From Pseudomonadota bacterium (lineage in GTDB: Bacteria; Pseudomonadota; Alphaproteobacteria; Rhodobacterales; Rhodobacteraceae), in contig JBCBHM010000007.1 in the NCBI GenBank assembly GCA_038525585.1, forward strand, positions 13,945-77,944: a DNA stretch of 64,000 nucleotides, given 5' to 3'. The notes below the pieces were generated by a model. The model did not search any database. It was not told the DNA's origin and saw only the letters and a program-made list of their open reading frames with translations. The position numbers and the translations under genes are program-made. This document shows positions 63,478-64,000 of this stretch, one piece after another (within the stretch, counting starts at the first letter, position 1; each line of letters starts with the position of its first letter).

Positions 63478-64000
63478 TTCTTCATGCCCGTACGGGCATG
63501 ATCGACCTTATTTTCTAATTCAGATCGGGCCAAAGGATACAACCAGCTTGCCCCGGCGACTGTTATCTTGCCCTGAATGATTCCAATGACGAGCGCTCAT
63601 TTTCGCTTCGCCGTCCATCTTTTCACTACCTCCGTCGTCATCTCGCTCATTGCTATGTCTTTTCTTATAGCACGAGCAGGGTTGCACTGTGTCGATACAA
63701 CTGTGCACCTTTGAACGACATTATTTATAGGATCTTGCCATCTCCCCGCGGCCGAATAGCCATTGCCATCAAGTCTGCGACAAAACCGATCTCGGTCCCT
63801 GTGTCCACAACTATAGCATCGGGTTAGTACGCGATAAGCTCTTATCCTAGCTCAGTATTTTTGCAGCCTCTATTTTTTCGGCCAGTGAAGCTATGAATAT
63901 GTGTACAGGGCACTGCAACTCGGTTAACTTTTGGTTACGTGGGTGGGTTAGATATACGCAAACCAATCACTTTTACGGGAATTCTTCGATTGCCGAGGAG

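Noticed and set aside
63520-63708. 62-aa minus-strand ORF in the AT-rich terminal region
   Set aside because: It has no recognisable domain, odd composition and no RBS. It was left unannotated.

Overview
High-GC chromosomal segment, probably from an alphaproteobacterium. This is inferred from the complete PhyR-NepR-EcfG general stress response (GSR) module; the gene content looks Rhodobacterales-like. My spot counts on single 60-nt lines gave 40/60 G+C in hutH, 25/60 near 12.2 kb and 21/60 near 38.2 kb. Layout: (1) 0-8 kb holds a Crp/Fnr fragment, a pseudo-receiver, a DUF1328 protein, gdhA, a TPP enzyme, dps and the GSR core (phyR / nepR-ecfG-HisKA_2 kinase). (2) 8.3-9.4 kb holds an orphan phage-tail-fibre-like gene. 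(3) 9.5-39.8 kb is a mosaic, IS-scarred surface-polysaccharide locus. It contains kpsM/kpsT/kpsE capsule export genes, GT2, GT4, GT25 and GT61-like transferases, glf, an epimerase, a methyltransferase, two sulfotransferases, a cysH-sqdB pair, three paralogous RTX proteins, and two low-GC insertions bounded by decayed IS3-family copies. (4) 40.6-47.9 kb is the five-step histidine utilisation locus hutUGHI / hutF-hutC. (5) 48.1-58.9 kb is a run of stress-type genes: small Rho_N, DUF2945 and PLDc_N proteins, mscS-trkH-trkA, an FNT channel, PRC-barrel proteins, topoisomerase IB, and an amidoligase with an amidotransferase. Almost every unit here is preceded by an exact GGAAC-N16/17-CGTT (EcfG-type) motif. 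(6) 59.4-62.7 kb is rmlCBDA. (7) 62.8-64.0 kb holds IS and recombinase debris in AT-rich DNA. The most notable observations are the physically clustered putative EcfG regulon (11 exact promoter motifs found by eye, 8 of them within 8.4 kb, several as back-to-back divergent pairs) and the sqdB-cysH-sulfotransferase module in the capsule locus. No rRNA, tRNA or CRISPR was seen. All calls come from reading the sequence and the ORF translations; no database search was possible.
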